Notes: generated by a model from the letters alone, not told the origin. 63,888 nucleotides of DNA, filler included, from Octopus bimaculoides (GCF_001194135.2; 8 parts of 7 records of this genome joined end to end with filler, not necessarily neighbours in it), one strand, 5' to 3'. Positions 38,970-51,618 are shown, counted from the first letter of the whole stretch. A program made the numbers and translations.

Positions 38970-39846
38970 CTTTTTTACTCTAGGCACAAGGCCCGAAATT
39001 TTGGGGGAGGGGGGACAGTCGATCAGATCTACCCCATTACGCAACTGGTACTTAATTTATCGACCCAGAAAGGATGGAAGCCAAAGTTGATCTCGGCGGA
39101 ATTTGAACTCAAAACGTAAAGCCAGACCGCTAAGCATTTCGCCCGACGTACTAATGTTTCTGCCTGCTCACCGCCGTACAAACAATATTTATTTCTTTAT
39201 TGCCCCATAGAGGGGACAAACAAGAATAGACAAAGAGATTAAGTCGGGTACATTGCCCCCAGTGCGCTATTGGTACTTATTAATCGACCCCGAAAGGATG
39301 AGGCAAAGTCGACCTCGGCGGAATTTGAACTCAGAACGTAACGGTAGACGAAATACCGCTAAGCATTTCACTCGGCGTACTAACGATTCTGCTAGCTCGC
39401 CGCCGCACAAACAATATTTTCTTCCACTCTAGGCACAAGGCCCGAAATTTTAGGGGAGGGGGCCAGTCGATTAGATCGACCCCAGTACGTAACTGGTACT
39501 TAATTTATCGACCCCGAAAGGATGAAAGGTAAAGCCGACCTCGGTGGAGTTTGAACTCAGAAGGTAAAGACAGACGAAATGCCGTTAAGCATTTCACCCG
39601 GCGTGCTAACGATTCTTATTTCTTTATTGCCCACAAGGGGCTAAACATAGAGGGGACAAACAAGGACAGACAAAGGCATTAAGTCGATTACATCGACCCC
39701 AGTGCGTAACTGGTACTTAATTTATCGACCCCGAAAGGATGAAAGGCAAAGTCGACCTCGGCAGAATTTGAACTCAGAACCTAACGGCAGACGAAATACC
39801 GCTAAGCATTTTGCCCGGCGTGCTAACGTTTCTGCCAGCTCGCCGC
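38970..39846 (-). mobile_element. Four tandem copies of SINE family C
   Basis: Copies at 38970-39175, 39190-39404, 39419-39615 and 39616-39846; each has GAGTTCAAATTCC (B box) and CTTTCATCCTTTCGGGGTCGATAAATTAAGTACCAG on the minus strand. Confidence 0.85.
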
Positions 39847-39848
39847 AG

Positions 39849-40387
39849 ATGCTAATGACTTGTCGGGACGCGGTATTTCGTTATGCAACTATAATGTACA
39901 ACAAAGTCTGTTAAACGTTTTTATGAGTGAATACCGTATACTGCTGTGTTAGCAGTGCTCTTAAATCACGTGTTTAAAACATTTCTACAGGTTTTCCATA
40001 GAGATTATAGCCAGCATTGATTTTTGATACGACGTTTCGTATCCGAGACGCCAAATGTAAACGTGTTCATAGATGGTTAATGGGTTAGTTGGGTGTTGAT
40101 GAAGGAGCAAAAACTCCCGAAGTACGGCATATACGCCCATTACACATATTTTTATCTTCGATCTCATTGTTTGTTTACATTTGGCATCTCGGGATACGAA
40201 ACGTCGTTGCAAAAATCAATGCTGGCTATAATTTCTATGAAAATTTTGTAGAGATGTCCTTAACGCGTAATTTAAGAGCACTGCTAACACAGTAGTACAC
40301 GGTATTGACTTATAGATACGTTTAATATACTTCGTAGTACATTATAGTTGCATAACGAAATAGCACGTCCCTACAAGTCATTAGTAT
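39849..40387. repeat. Fold-back: ~215-bp inverted arms (39849-40062, 40173-40387) around a 110-bp spacer with hammerhead-like motif
   Basis: Arm-to-arm reverse complementarity is visible throughout; TTGATGA-AGGAG-CAAAAA-CTCC-CGAAG in the spacer; third partial copy at 40537-40684. Confidence 0.8.
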
Positions 40388-41874
40388 TTACGTACCAGCT
40401 TCCAGGAATGTGTTTTATATGTAAATTGGTACATCCAATAACGGTACACCGCTGTGTGTAGTGGCTATTTAAACATTGAGTTCGTGGATGATTAATAGGT
40501 TAATTGAATGCCGATGAAGGAATAAAATCTTCTGAAATGCTAATGACTTGTAGGAACGCGGTATTTTTTCATCTTCGATCGCATTGTTTGTTTACATTTG
40601 CCGTCTCGGATACGAAACGTCGTAACAAAAATTAGTGCTAGCTTTAATTTCTATGGAAAATCTGTAGAGATGCTCTTAACACGTATCCAGTATTTCAAGC
40701 TAAATTTTTACTTTTCCATTGGCCTCCATCAGCTCTTAAATTTTCGTTTGTGGTATTGTTGACATCCTGTAGTGTAACCTCAGAAACATTTCCAAAATTA
40801 TCGCGTTGTTTTTTTCTTCTGCTAGTGTCCCGCTCGGGACAGTTTGTTTTAAACATACTGTAAATCTTATTCAAAGCAATCGCAAATTTTATTTGCTATA
40901 AAACGCCAATTTCATGAAAAACGATGTAGTTTACTTATTGCATTGTAATATACAAAAAGAAAAGTAAATAAATCACACAGAGAACTTCTTAAATTATAAT
41001 GAGACAACTCATAATTTCTTGTATTTTCTATGTCTCCTATAGTTCGGGTGACTCATCCCTCTTTAGTAGTTTCCAGTCGAAGGATTATCGGATATTAGAA
41101 AACGACCATGTCCAATCTTCAGCAGAAGTATCGGCTGCAGTGACAACATTGGAAAAAATATTAGTTGTAATAGTTGTAGATGTGGAAGTAAGTGTATAAA
41201 TTAATATTAATATTAATGGTTCGCAAGGCAACAGTGGAAGTAATATAGGTGTTAGAAGCAACCGTAGCAGTCATAGAGTGACGTTGCAATAGTGAAGGCG
41301 GTGATGGTGGTGACAGTAGAAGTATTAACGACGGTAACGAATACAGCATTAGTGATAAGAGTGACAGAGTCGGTAGTTGCAATAGCAGCGGTAGTATCAT
41401 TAGTACCACTCATGCGACTGCCAGTAGTAGTAGTAGTAGTAGTAGTATCCAAGATGTAGCAAAAGCAGCAGTCATAGGGATAAGTAGTCTCTATAATGCT
41501 GATAGTGTTGGTAGGCTGCTTATATAAGCCATTGACCTAACTCCGACCACGGTTATTCGGTCCGTGTCGTTGAAACAAAATGGCTTCTTTCGCCCGTAAA
41601 TTACCAACATTCCGCTCTTTGTCAAAGATGATAACGGATATAATATTGTTGGTGCTCCTGCATTTTAACACGTGCATCTTCCTTTTGGAAGATGTACATG
41701 TTCTCTAATGCACTTTCAATCGGATGGATAGGGAGGCACTACAATTCAGAACACAGAACACAAGAAAAAGAAATTGGTAAAGAACGCTCCCAAACTATGG
41801 AGAATTCCCGCCCCCACAGAGCTTGAGATTAATTATGGAAGCAATGCTCATAACATAATACATAACAAAAATAA

Positions 41875-42480
41875 CACTAATAATATACTATAGAAATACG
41901 GAAACTAAAACCTTTCCAATAATCAACTTCAAACATATAAGCCCAACAACAAGCTAGTTATGAGCTATATGGTTTATAAATTCAATTGTAAACGTATATG
42001 TTGTAAACTTATAGTGGTCATACATGTATGACGCTCTCACACCTGTTAAGAATGCATATACAACAAAGGAACAATTACAACGTATTACACCATACAGTAT
42101 GAAACAAAGCTCGATGGGAAAACGTTAGTGGACAATACTATACTATATATAATGTCCCACAAAGACGATTTGTGGTGGATGTGTAACAATACAATGCTAT
42201 AATGAACACAAATAATTACAAATAAAATAAACACTTGACAGATGAAGTATAAACACGTGAGTGATGACCTATAAATCTAAAGTTGAAAATTCAGATTCCG
42301 GAGCTAATGTCTATACAAATCACATTGGCCCTACCAACTATAAAGTGACAGTAACACACTCAAAAATCACTCTGTCTTGAAGATGAAATTATGAAGGTTT
42401 AGAAACGTCAATGATGAGTTTTGGGCTCTATTATTGCTCTGAATAAGTTGCAAAGATCTGACAATGAAAGGCAAAACTAG
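41875..42480 (+). mobile_element. Decayed PLE GIY-YIG endonuclease end plus pLTR with hammerhead-like motif
   Basis: IYYRN..TK....; .MVYKFNC...C...YSGHT..TLS..L..H.Q.G.I; downstream TTGAAGA-TGAAAT..GTTTA-GAAAC-GTC at 42377-42409. Confidence 0.55.
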
Positions 42481-42578
42481 AACGTAGTTATGCATTCAGT
42501 ATAAGTCTAAAAGAAAAGTTGTTCCCTATATATACAAATGTGTATGTGTACGTGTGTGGGTGCACGCGTGTGTATGTA

Positions 42579-42617
<39 letters not shown>

Positions 42618-42655
42618 ACGCGTGTATGTATGTATCTGTGTNNNNNNNNNNNNNN

Positions 42656-42709
<54 letters not shown>

Positions 42710-42829
42710 TGTGTGTGTGTCCTCACATCAGAAAAGAGTACTCGATGCATTGTGCAGGGTTAATTATTTGCAGATGAGCAACTGTTAATTTAAACGTCCA
42801 TTACTTGGAACTGGTAGCATTGAGATGAA

Positions 42830-43350
42830 TTTAAAAAGAGATGCGGTCAACTAATTCAAAGGGTATATCAATCATCATCTGCATTCCTTTAGATCAACGA
42901 TCAGGGTAAACTTCGCTTGCCTCTGCCGTCTTATCTGGAAGTCCAAGGATTCAACCACCCTACTCTAATTGAAAACATAATCAACAGAGCTCTCCACGTA
43001 TTCTAATTGATTGCACAACTGCAGGTCTTGCCTGTTTAAGAAGCTGTCCGTACTGAAAATCCTTCAACAGAAAGTCCCAGGTACCTTTCTGTAGCTGACA
43101 CAGAAGAACATTTTTTTCCTAAGACATTTTCAACTGATTCGAAAAATAACGTCAGATGACTACTGTACAGGGAATTAACAAGGAGTAAACTTCCTTGTTA
43201 TCGAAAATTAATCTTGGCTTGGTTGCTTCCCCTACATCCTAGCAATGCTCTCTTTGATCTCACATCAGCGGTCTGTAAGAATTTCTACCTTGTCACGACT
43301 TGCTTCCACCAATGAAAACCAGCCGTATCAGTGACAAATAAGAACCTAAC
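42830..43350 (-). mobile_element. Highly decayed L1/Tx1-like LINE fragment (post-RT region)
   Basis: Frameshifted WKQVV.KVEILTDR(W) and KG.LGL motifs. Confidence 0.4.
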
Positions 43351-44479
43351 TTTAAAGTCGCAAATTGCTAATCTGGTATATTATAGAGATATGTATCTAG
43401 ATAGCTTTTAAAATGTCTGGACAAGAGATTTGATTATGTTTAGTAATCCTTTTGAAAAGCACTTATACAACTGATGAGAGTCCTTAAATTCCCAGCTGTT
43501 GCCGTATATTTTTATGTGGTATATATTTTCTAAAGAAAGAAGCGTTGGGAACTGATTGTACCACTGATTCCTCTTGTTTTAGTCTCTTGTATTCAAAAAC
43601 TTATAACGATTTTTTTCGAGAATCATCCACGTATACCCGATGGTTTGTCATTCTTTCTCGCGTTCCAGAGGATCAAGACGTAACGCACAGAGGCACTCCC
43701 AGTAGTTAAGATGTCCGTTTATTTATTTTGGCGGTGTCTATTCTTTGCAAACATTCCAATTGGCTAGACCATAGTTGTTAGCAAGGTTGCAGAATTGGCC
43801 AATTTTTTTTTTTTTATATTTCAGAATTTGGACCTATTTTGATGAATTTCATGAAATTTGATAGATATTTCTCATTTACTTGTTGTACGGCTAATAAGAA
43901 ATTTCCAGTTTTTTGGTATCTTTTAGTAAAATTTGATCATGTGACGGCATTTATGTCCCAAAGTTTGAATCTGCTTTATTAAGTGGTCAATGCGCAGACA
44001 AAATAACTTCATAGTTAAAATAAACAATTCTTCTTGAGTTTCTAAGTTGTGAATCGAGTCTTCATTCGCTTTAAATTTGTGTTTTGCTTAAACATTATGG
44101 TTTTATTAACTTCCCATTTAACCTAACCCAGAGATGGCCGAGAAAAAGATTAATAAGAACAGTGATTTAAAAGAAATTCCAAATAAGACAGTAAGACTGT
44201 ATATACCTAGTTTTTTAAAAAAATGATAAGCCAGTTGCTACAAAAGTAGTTTAATAATCCCAGTGGTAGCTGAAGTTTGAAAAAATATATTTTGTGAACT
44301 ATGTAGATATGGCTTATCTGGGAGGAGTGTTATAAATATTTGACTAACGTCTTGACAGAGAGAAACGTTTAAGAAAGATTACAGCAAGTAGTCAGACTTT
44401 TAAAGTAACTTATATCTTACGGCCTTCTCTTTCGTGTAGCATGTCTCATGTGGCTTCCATTAAATTGAAGATAAGTATG

Positions 44480-44720
44480 TTTCATTTCATAAGTAGATCT
44501 TCTTTCCGGTTTTCTAATACATGCCCACATTCTAAAATTGCTTATATGCGATAACAAAAGCAACAGCTATTATTTGTAATATCATTGATGAAAAACACTA
44601 CAAAATATCAAATTTTGTATTAGTCAATGATGAAAGTGCAGATGTAGCTTCTTAAAAAGAAAATCAATGTATTCTAATAGTTAGATTTTAAAATAGCCTC
44701 TGACCAAAACACAGATGACA
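44480..44720 (+). mobile_element. hAT-like transposase remnant
   Basis: F...PHSKIA....TKATAIICNII and downstream DESADVAS..E..CI.IVRF, resembling the first catalytic Asp region of hAT transposases. Confidence 0.55.
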
Positions 44721-45284
44721 AGTTTGTAGCAGTTGGAAACCAATTGCTGTTGCTGCCCAAGAATTTCAAGACACTATCGTTTAAACAGCATGACACCCAA
44801 ATTAAAAATCTGACAGAATATACAAGATAATGCATGTCTAATTTAGGAGACAATATATATATATATATTGGATTCCAACTGCGTTCCAGTTTAGATAAAA
44901 TGACCTAATCAGCTTTTGCTGTTATAACTGCTTTGAGGAAAAAGAAAATAGAATGAGAAAGGAAGATTAATACTTAGACAAGTAGTTTTATGTTCGTGCA
45001 TATACATACAGACGGGTGGTTGAATACCAACTAACCGAGAGAAAAAACAACTGCAATATCTATAATAACCAACCAACGAATCGCACCGGCGACAATTCAA
45101 GCAATAACACTAACACACCCAGAAATAGTAATAATAATGGGATAACCATGACCACGAATATACTGAATAGAACCAATTCATCTAGTGCTCGCTGCACACA
45201 AAAAAAAACAAAAAAAAAGCAACCAATTATGCTCATGCAGATACAGATTCAAATGTTCCTTGGACAATCAATGCATGACCAGAA

Positions 45285-45540
45285 ATGTCATGTCCTGTTT
45301 TCCATTTTTATCTCTCATTGTTTACGTATTTCATGTTATTTGCATAGTTGGTGACGTCTTTTGTTTTTTTTTCTTTCTCCGTTTTTCCCTTCTTTGGACT
45401 TTCCTTGTTTCCGACGAAGAACTCCGCTCGAAACGTCAAATTCTCTTTCTTTCCTTTCCAGAGCGTCGTCTAGTAACACAATCTGTATCACGTCCTCACG
45501 TTGTTGTTTCTTGTTGTTGTTTTTTTGTCTTTTTCCTTTT
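45285..45540 (+). mobile_element. PLE pLTR fragment with degenerate hammerhead, ending in (TA)n
   Basis: Homologous to 5682-5880; GTTT-CCGACGA-A-GAAC-TCC-GCTC-GAAAC-GTC-AAAT at 45407-45441. Confidence 0.6.
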
Positions 45541-45634
45541 TTTAACTTGTATATATATATATTATGATTATTATTATTATTTTTATTATTATTATCATTA
45601 TTATTATTATATAATATAAATAATACATATTTAT

Positions 45635-45715
<81 letters not shown>

Positions 45716-45719
45716 TATA

Positions 45720-46500
45720 TGGATACAGGACGTCACCAACTGGGTAAACAACATGAAGTACGAAAACAAATGAGTTAAATACGCAAACAACGAGAGGAAA
45801 AAATGGAAAACAGGATAAGTAAACACAGAGAACGACCTTTCATCAGTTGTCGGCTGTCTATCTACTCCTCATTTCTAGCAGTCAACAACAGTATGAGACC
45901 TCAAAGACAGTTGCTCCCATAAATTCCAAAATAAAATTTTGGATTTATGGAGGGTCAAAGTTCGGAACAAAAACAGGGGAGTGGAGACATACAAGGAAAC
46001 CGAACGAATACAAACATGGAGCGTCGTTAGACCAGAACGGGTGGAAAACAGTGAACGCTGGGGAAAATATATTCGTTGAAAAGAGAAAAGATAGAAGAGA
46101 AAGAGAGAAAATGTCCAGTCCTTAGAACGTCGTGTAAAAAAAGATAGTCATGTGAGGAAAAGAAAGATGAACGATGGTCATGTGTGAGCAACGAGAGATA
46201 AAAAGAGAAAGAGCGGGCAAGAGGGCTTCCCCCATCTTTCTGTAATTCGCTTTTTCTCCCCTTCACCGTTTTCTATCTGTCTCTTCCCCACACATATAAT
46301 GTGTGGAATAAGCACAAGAAGAGGAGATACGTGGAACAGAGAATCGCTAGAAGCCACAGGGTGTGTGGCGAAAGAACTTTCACAAAGAAACTAAAATAAT
46401 AATAGTAAAGCTGAAGTGAAGGCCAAATATACAGTGCATGTGTTTGATTGGCAAAATATGACCATCTCCAAGTATAGCAATATACTTGGGGATATCGATC
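45720..46500 (-). mobile_element. PLE-like 3' region (degenerate endonuclease plus pLTR start)
   Basis: 45730-45820 is an inverted homolog of 45285-45360; weak LYVGE.DR-like GIY-YIG trace near 46290. Confidence 0.4.
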
Positions 46501-46531
46501 CCCGTATATATCCATCCCCGTCGTATATCCG

Positions 46532-46564
<33 letters not shown>

Positions 46565-46570
<6 letters not shown>

Positions 46571-46787
46571 CCCCCCCCCACCTAGCATTGCTTGACAGCC
46601 GATGCTGGTGTGTTTATGTCCCCGTCACTTAGCGGTTCGGCAAAAGAGACCGATAGAATAAGTACTAGGCTTATAAAGAATAAGTCCCGAGGTCGATTTG
46701 CTCGACTAAAGGCGGTGCTAATGGCCGCAGTCAAATGCCTGAAACAAGTAAAAGAGTAAAAGAGTAATATAGATAGATAGATAGATC

Positions 46788-46871
<84 letters not shown>

Positions 46872-47100
46872 TAGGCAAGCTGGCAGAAACGTTAGCACGT
46901 AGGGCGAAATGCTTAGCGGTATTTCGTCTGCCGCTACGTTCTGAGTTCAAATTTCGCCGAGGTCGACTTTGCCTTTCATCCTTTCGGGGTCGATAAATAA
47001 AGTACCAGTTACGCACTGAGGTCGATGTAATCGACTTAATCCGTTTGTCTGTCCTTGTTTGTCCCCTCTATGTTTAGCCCCTTGTGGGCAATAAAGAAAT
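46565..47100 (+). mobile_element. SINE B 3' half (46565-46765), (GATA)n (46769-46872), SINE C full length (46873-47100)
   Basis: Matches the family B tail and family C consensus seen elsewhere in the window. Confidence 0.8.
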
Positions 47101-47264
47101 ATATATATATATATATCTTTTAAATTCGTTTATGTTAACGTTAGGGATATCCGAATAAAGCTCCTATTTCATTATGCCATCTACCGTCTAATGTTATTGA
47201 CTAGTGAGTCAGTTTTTCGGTGTTGCGTCATGGTTATACCGATATAATGTAGGATAAATATTAT

Positions 47265-47727
47265 AATAATAATAATAAGCCTAGGATGGAATTTATAAAT
47301 ATTTAATACATCGCTACGCGCGTTTCCACAAATCACATGGTTTTTAACATCAGAATCCGTATCCTTGGAATTAGTACAGTATAGTCCATATTATCCGTAG
47401 GTATCTGGTTGATCATCATCATTAATTCATTTCATTAGGCGATACTGTATTAGTGGATAAATCCCTTCGCGCGAGTATAAAGGCTAATCATAACTATATT
47501 GGCCTTCATACTGGCAAGAAGTGATAAACATCCGTCTGTGATTCATCCACTAATGCAGTATTGCCTGATGAAATGAATCAATGATGATGATCAACTAGAT
47601 GCCCACAGATAATATGGACTATACTGTACTAATCCCAAGGATGCGGACTCATGTGATTTATGGAAACGCGCGTAGCGATGTATTAAATGTTTATAAATTC
47701 CATCTTAGAATTGTTATTATTATTACA
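47265..47727. mobile_element. MITE-like fold-back element flanked by (TAA)n/(TTA)n
   Basis: Arms 47281-47463 and 47540-47708: 169 aligned bp, 15 substitutions, one 14-bp indel; inner hairpin at 47474-47512. Confidence 0.75.
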
Positions 47728-47812
47728 GAGGTCGTCTGTCCCGTCTCGGACAAAACCGAGGCTTCAAATCCCTGTGTCGCTGCATCGCCGCTGCGACGAG
47801 CACACTCCTCTA

Positions 47813-48120
47813 CAAGTGCAGGAGTGGCTGTGTGGTGAGAAGCTTGCTTCCCAACCACACGGTTCCACGTTCAGTACCACTGCATGGCACCTTAGACAAG
47901 TGTCTACTCTAGCCTCAGGCCGACCAAAGACTTGTGAGTGGATTTGGTAGACGGAGACTGAAAAAAACCCATCGTAGATAGATAGATAGATGTTGGTGTG
48001 TTTACGTCTCCGTAACCTAACAGTGCAGCAAAAGAGAACAATGGAATAAGTACTAAGCTTACAAAGAATAAATCTTGGGGTCGATTTGTTCGACTATAGG
48101 CGGTGCTCTAGCGTGGCCGC

Positions 48121-48121
<1 letters not shown>
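47813..48121 (+). mobile_element. SINE family B
   Basis: Head, CORE-like segment and tail all present. Confidence 0.75.
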
Positions 48122-48155
<34 letters not shown>

Positions 48156-48324
48156 TATATGAATAATTGTTTTAGCTTGTGCATGCCATGTGGGCACAGC
48201 CCGAAGATTGCATGAAAGCACCAGACGTGTTATAAAATACTGTGTGTCGTTTTCATTGTATAAAACTATTAAGTAGCTCATAAAAATATATACTGTTTAC
48301 TAAACAATATTTATCTCTCACCAG

Positions 48325-48600
48325 ATGGAGTACTTTTTTGTTGATCTTACCTTCACGGAACCAATTATGTTAATATCTGTAGGTCATTCAAAATTTCATC
48401 CGCGTCGAACTGGACTATCTCGGAAAAAAAGAAGTTATTCAGGTGGTTTTTGACTACTACTAAATCATTAAGTGAATTTCCATTCAAGGATTTTTGCAGG
48501 GACCTCAACAGATGAAAGTCAGATGGTGCAATGCTGGAAGAGAATGATAAATTTAGTAAGAGATCCCACCCAAGGTTATGCAACCTTGTGCAGGTGACCG
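48325..48600 (-). mobile_element. mariner (Tc1/mariner) transposase C-terminal remnant
   Basis: LGWDLL..SFSSSIAPSDFHLLRSLQKSLNG..L...KNHLNNFF matches the mariner YSPDLAPSDYHLFRSLQ motif. Confidence 0.75.
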
Positions 48601-49409
48601 AAGACAAAGATCTAGAGTATCCTCTGCTAAATTTTTTCATTCAATTTTTTTCTCGCAAGCGACAATAGAAATCCGTATTGGTGACATGATTGTTTAGAAG
48701 TGGTGCCTTACAGGGGAGATAACTCTCACATTTACCTCTATAAGGGAGATAATTCCGATTGTCTTCGCATACGACGAATTTTTTTCTGTGTATAAATATA
48801 ACCACACTAAACCATTGCAAATTGGCACCGATCGGTTATCGATTAAAAATGACCACAGTATTTTACTGGTGCTTTATTTTATCGACTTCGAAAGGTTAAA
48901 AGATAAAGTCGACCTTGATGAGATTCGAACGTAAAAAACCTGAACAAATCCTGTAAGATATTTTGTTTTTTCCGCCTCCCTGAAGATTCTGTCAACCTTA
49001 CGCCTAATGTGTTTCAACCTCGCTTTATTTTATTTGTTTGAGAATTCCAAACCTTCCTTCTTTTAAATATACAATTAAATAAATATACAAATAAACATGC
49101 ATAATAAACAAAACAAATAAATACGAAGAAGTACGTTTTGAAAATATTCTTTTGTTGATATTAACATCTAATATCAGAAATTTTATCTGCATAATGGACT
49201 GTTATACAGTCATTTATCCAGCTAGAAATAGTAGTCAAATGTTCTTATAAATCACAGCAGGATCGTCACGGTTGGAAAACCTTTGATTATAAATCCCATT
49301 TGATTAGAGCTGATCAGAGGCTATATAACATCAACAACAGATGGACTTTCTTATATTGCAACTGCTTGCTACTCTCTCTTATTCCTCAAATGTAATTTGT
49401 ATCAATATT

Positions 49410-50327
49410 AGGGGCAAGCATAGTTGTGTGGTAATAAGCTTGCTTCCCAACCACATGATGCTAGGTTCAGTCCCACTGTGTGACACCTTGAGCAAGTGTC
49501 TTCGACTATAGCCTCAAGCGACCAAAGCTGCGTGAGTGGATTTGGTAGGCAGAAACTGAAAGCAGTCGTTGATCTGGCAGAAACGTTAGCACGCCGGGCG
49601 AAATGCTTAGCAGTATTTCGTCTGCCGCTACGTTCTGAGTTCAAATTCCGCCAAGGTCGACTTTGTCTTTCATCCTTTCGGGGTCGATTAAATAAGTACC
49701 AGTTACGCACTGGGGTCGATATAATCGACTTAATCCGTCTATCTGTCTTTGTTTGTCCCCTCTGTGTGGCCCCTTGTGGGCAGTTGTGTTGTTGGCACTC
49801 CGTCGCTTACGATGTCTAGGGTTCCAGTTGATCCGATCAATGGAACAGCTTGCTAGTGAAATTAACGTGCAAGTGGCTGAACACTCCATAAACACATGTA
49901 CCCTTAAGAGTGAGAGAAAGTTGTGGTGAAAGAGTACAGCAGGGTTCGCCACCATCCCTGCCGGAGCCGCTGCCCTAACCACTGGGCCACTGCATTTCCA
50001 CTTGTGGGCAGTAAAGAAATAAGAAACTGAAAGAAGTCTATCACAGACAGACAGGCGTGTGTGTTCTTGTGTCCCTGTTGTCCCCAACTCCCTATTGACA
50101 ACCAGTGCTGGTGAGTTTATGCCCCATTACTTAGTGGTTCAGCAATAAAACTGATAGAATAAGTACCAGGCTTTTAAAAATAAGTACTGGAGTCAATTCA
50201 TTCAACTAAAAATTTTTCAAAGCAGTGCCCCAGCATGGCCACAGTCTAATGACTGCAACAAGTAAAAGATTAAAGATAAAAGATTAAAGATAAAAGATTA
50301 AAGATAAAAGATTAAAGATAAAAGATT
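49410..50327 (+). mobile_element. Nested SINEs: B (49410-50327) contains C (49563-50021), which contains A (49785-50000, minus)
   Basis: TSD AGAAACTGAAAG at 49551-49562 and 50022-50033; TSD CTTGTGGGCAGT at 49773-49784 and 50001-50012; tail expanded as (AAAGATTAAAGAT)n. Confidence 0.85.
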
Positions 50328-50909
50328 AGTGTAATGTTGTTTTTTTAAGTTGCACTTTGGGTGTTTTGATATTGTTAGAAAGAATCTACTTAGAAAGTTC
50401 AAGACTTCAAAGATTGTTCCAAAAGACAGGATAAAATTCTTTCTACAATAAGCAGAAGGCCTGAAACTTGTGGGGAGAGGTTTAGTTGATAACATTGACC
50501 CACGTGTTAAACTGGTACTTATTTCATTAACACTGAAAGGATGAAAAGTAAAGTCAACCTCAAATTATCAAAACAGGCCATATTGAGTCATATATCCCAT
50601 GGCAATATTCTTGCTAAATCACAAACTGTCCCTCAAGTCATCATATTAAACCACAGGTGAAAAAAAGATGAGAAATGCATAAACTTCTAGGCATAGACAT
50701 GGATTGAAAGCTAAATGGCATGATAAACTAGTTAGTTCAAGTGCCCAGACTTCAACATTTGGGAACATATTCCTTTTGTGGCACAAGCTACAGCTCAGGC
50801 CCAGTTCGATCACATATACATAAGACGCACAATTTAACCTGTTCTCTTAAGTCAATAAAAGGTTGCATAGAATCTCCTGCAATAGTTTCTTTATGTACTT
50901 CATTTAGTT

Positions 50910-51315
50910 ACATCATCATCACCATTGTTTTAACATTCACTTTTCCATGCTTGCGTGACTCAGATGTATTTTATTGAAGCAGATTTTCTATAGCCAGATA
51001 CCCTTCCTGTTACCAAACCTCGTGTGTTTCTAAGCAAGGTAATATTTCCCCCTTGGCCGGACGTTTTTGCAAAACATTATAAACGAATGACACTGCTTGT
51101 ATGACAGGAACGCTCATTTATGACAATTATGTTAAGTGTAAACATGAAAACACACACACACACACATGTATGGAATAGGCTTCTTTCAGTTTTCATCAAC
51201 CAAATCCACAAGGCTCATGAGGCTATAGTGGAAGACACCTGTCCAAAGGCCCTCACAGGAGGACAGAATCCAAAACCTTGTGGCTAGGAAGCAAAGTTCT
51301 TGATAGCCATACCTC
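50910..51315 (-). mobile_element. SINE B variant with a different, RTE-like 3' tail ending in (GAT)n
   Basis: B head and CORE-like segment at 51175-51315; the tail with TTTTCTATAGCCAGATACCCTTCCTGT and ATCATCATC is unlike the standard B tail. Confidence 0.55.
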
Positions 51316-51618
51316 TTATACATCCTATGATATTTTAGAGATTCGAGAATACTCTATTCATCTGTTTTTCAGATACACAAAGGTGTGAATTCTGCAAATC
51401 ATTAAAACATCTCTCATATCAAACCAGAAAAGGAGCCTCTGTATGGCTGCACAATGTGCTAGAAATAGCAGCCAAATTCTTTTACATTGCAAATTGCTGT
51501 CTTGGAAAAGGAATAATGCAATACATTTAATGTAGCCTTAAATATACCAAAAAGATGAGATAGTCACAGTTGGAATGCTCTTAATCATGGCGAAACACCA
51601 ACAACAACATTTACAAAT

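Noticed and set aside
38956-39846. Repeat-spacer-like array suggestive of CRISPR
   Set aside because: The long units are homologous SINEs and the short units are target duplications; eukaryotic context, no cas genes.
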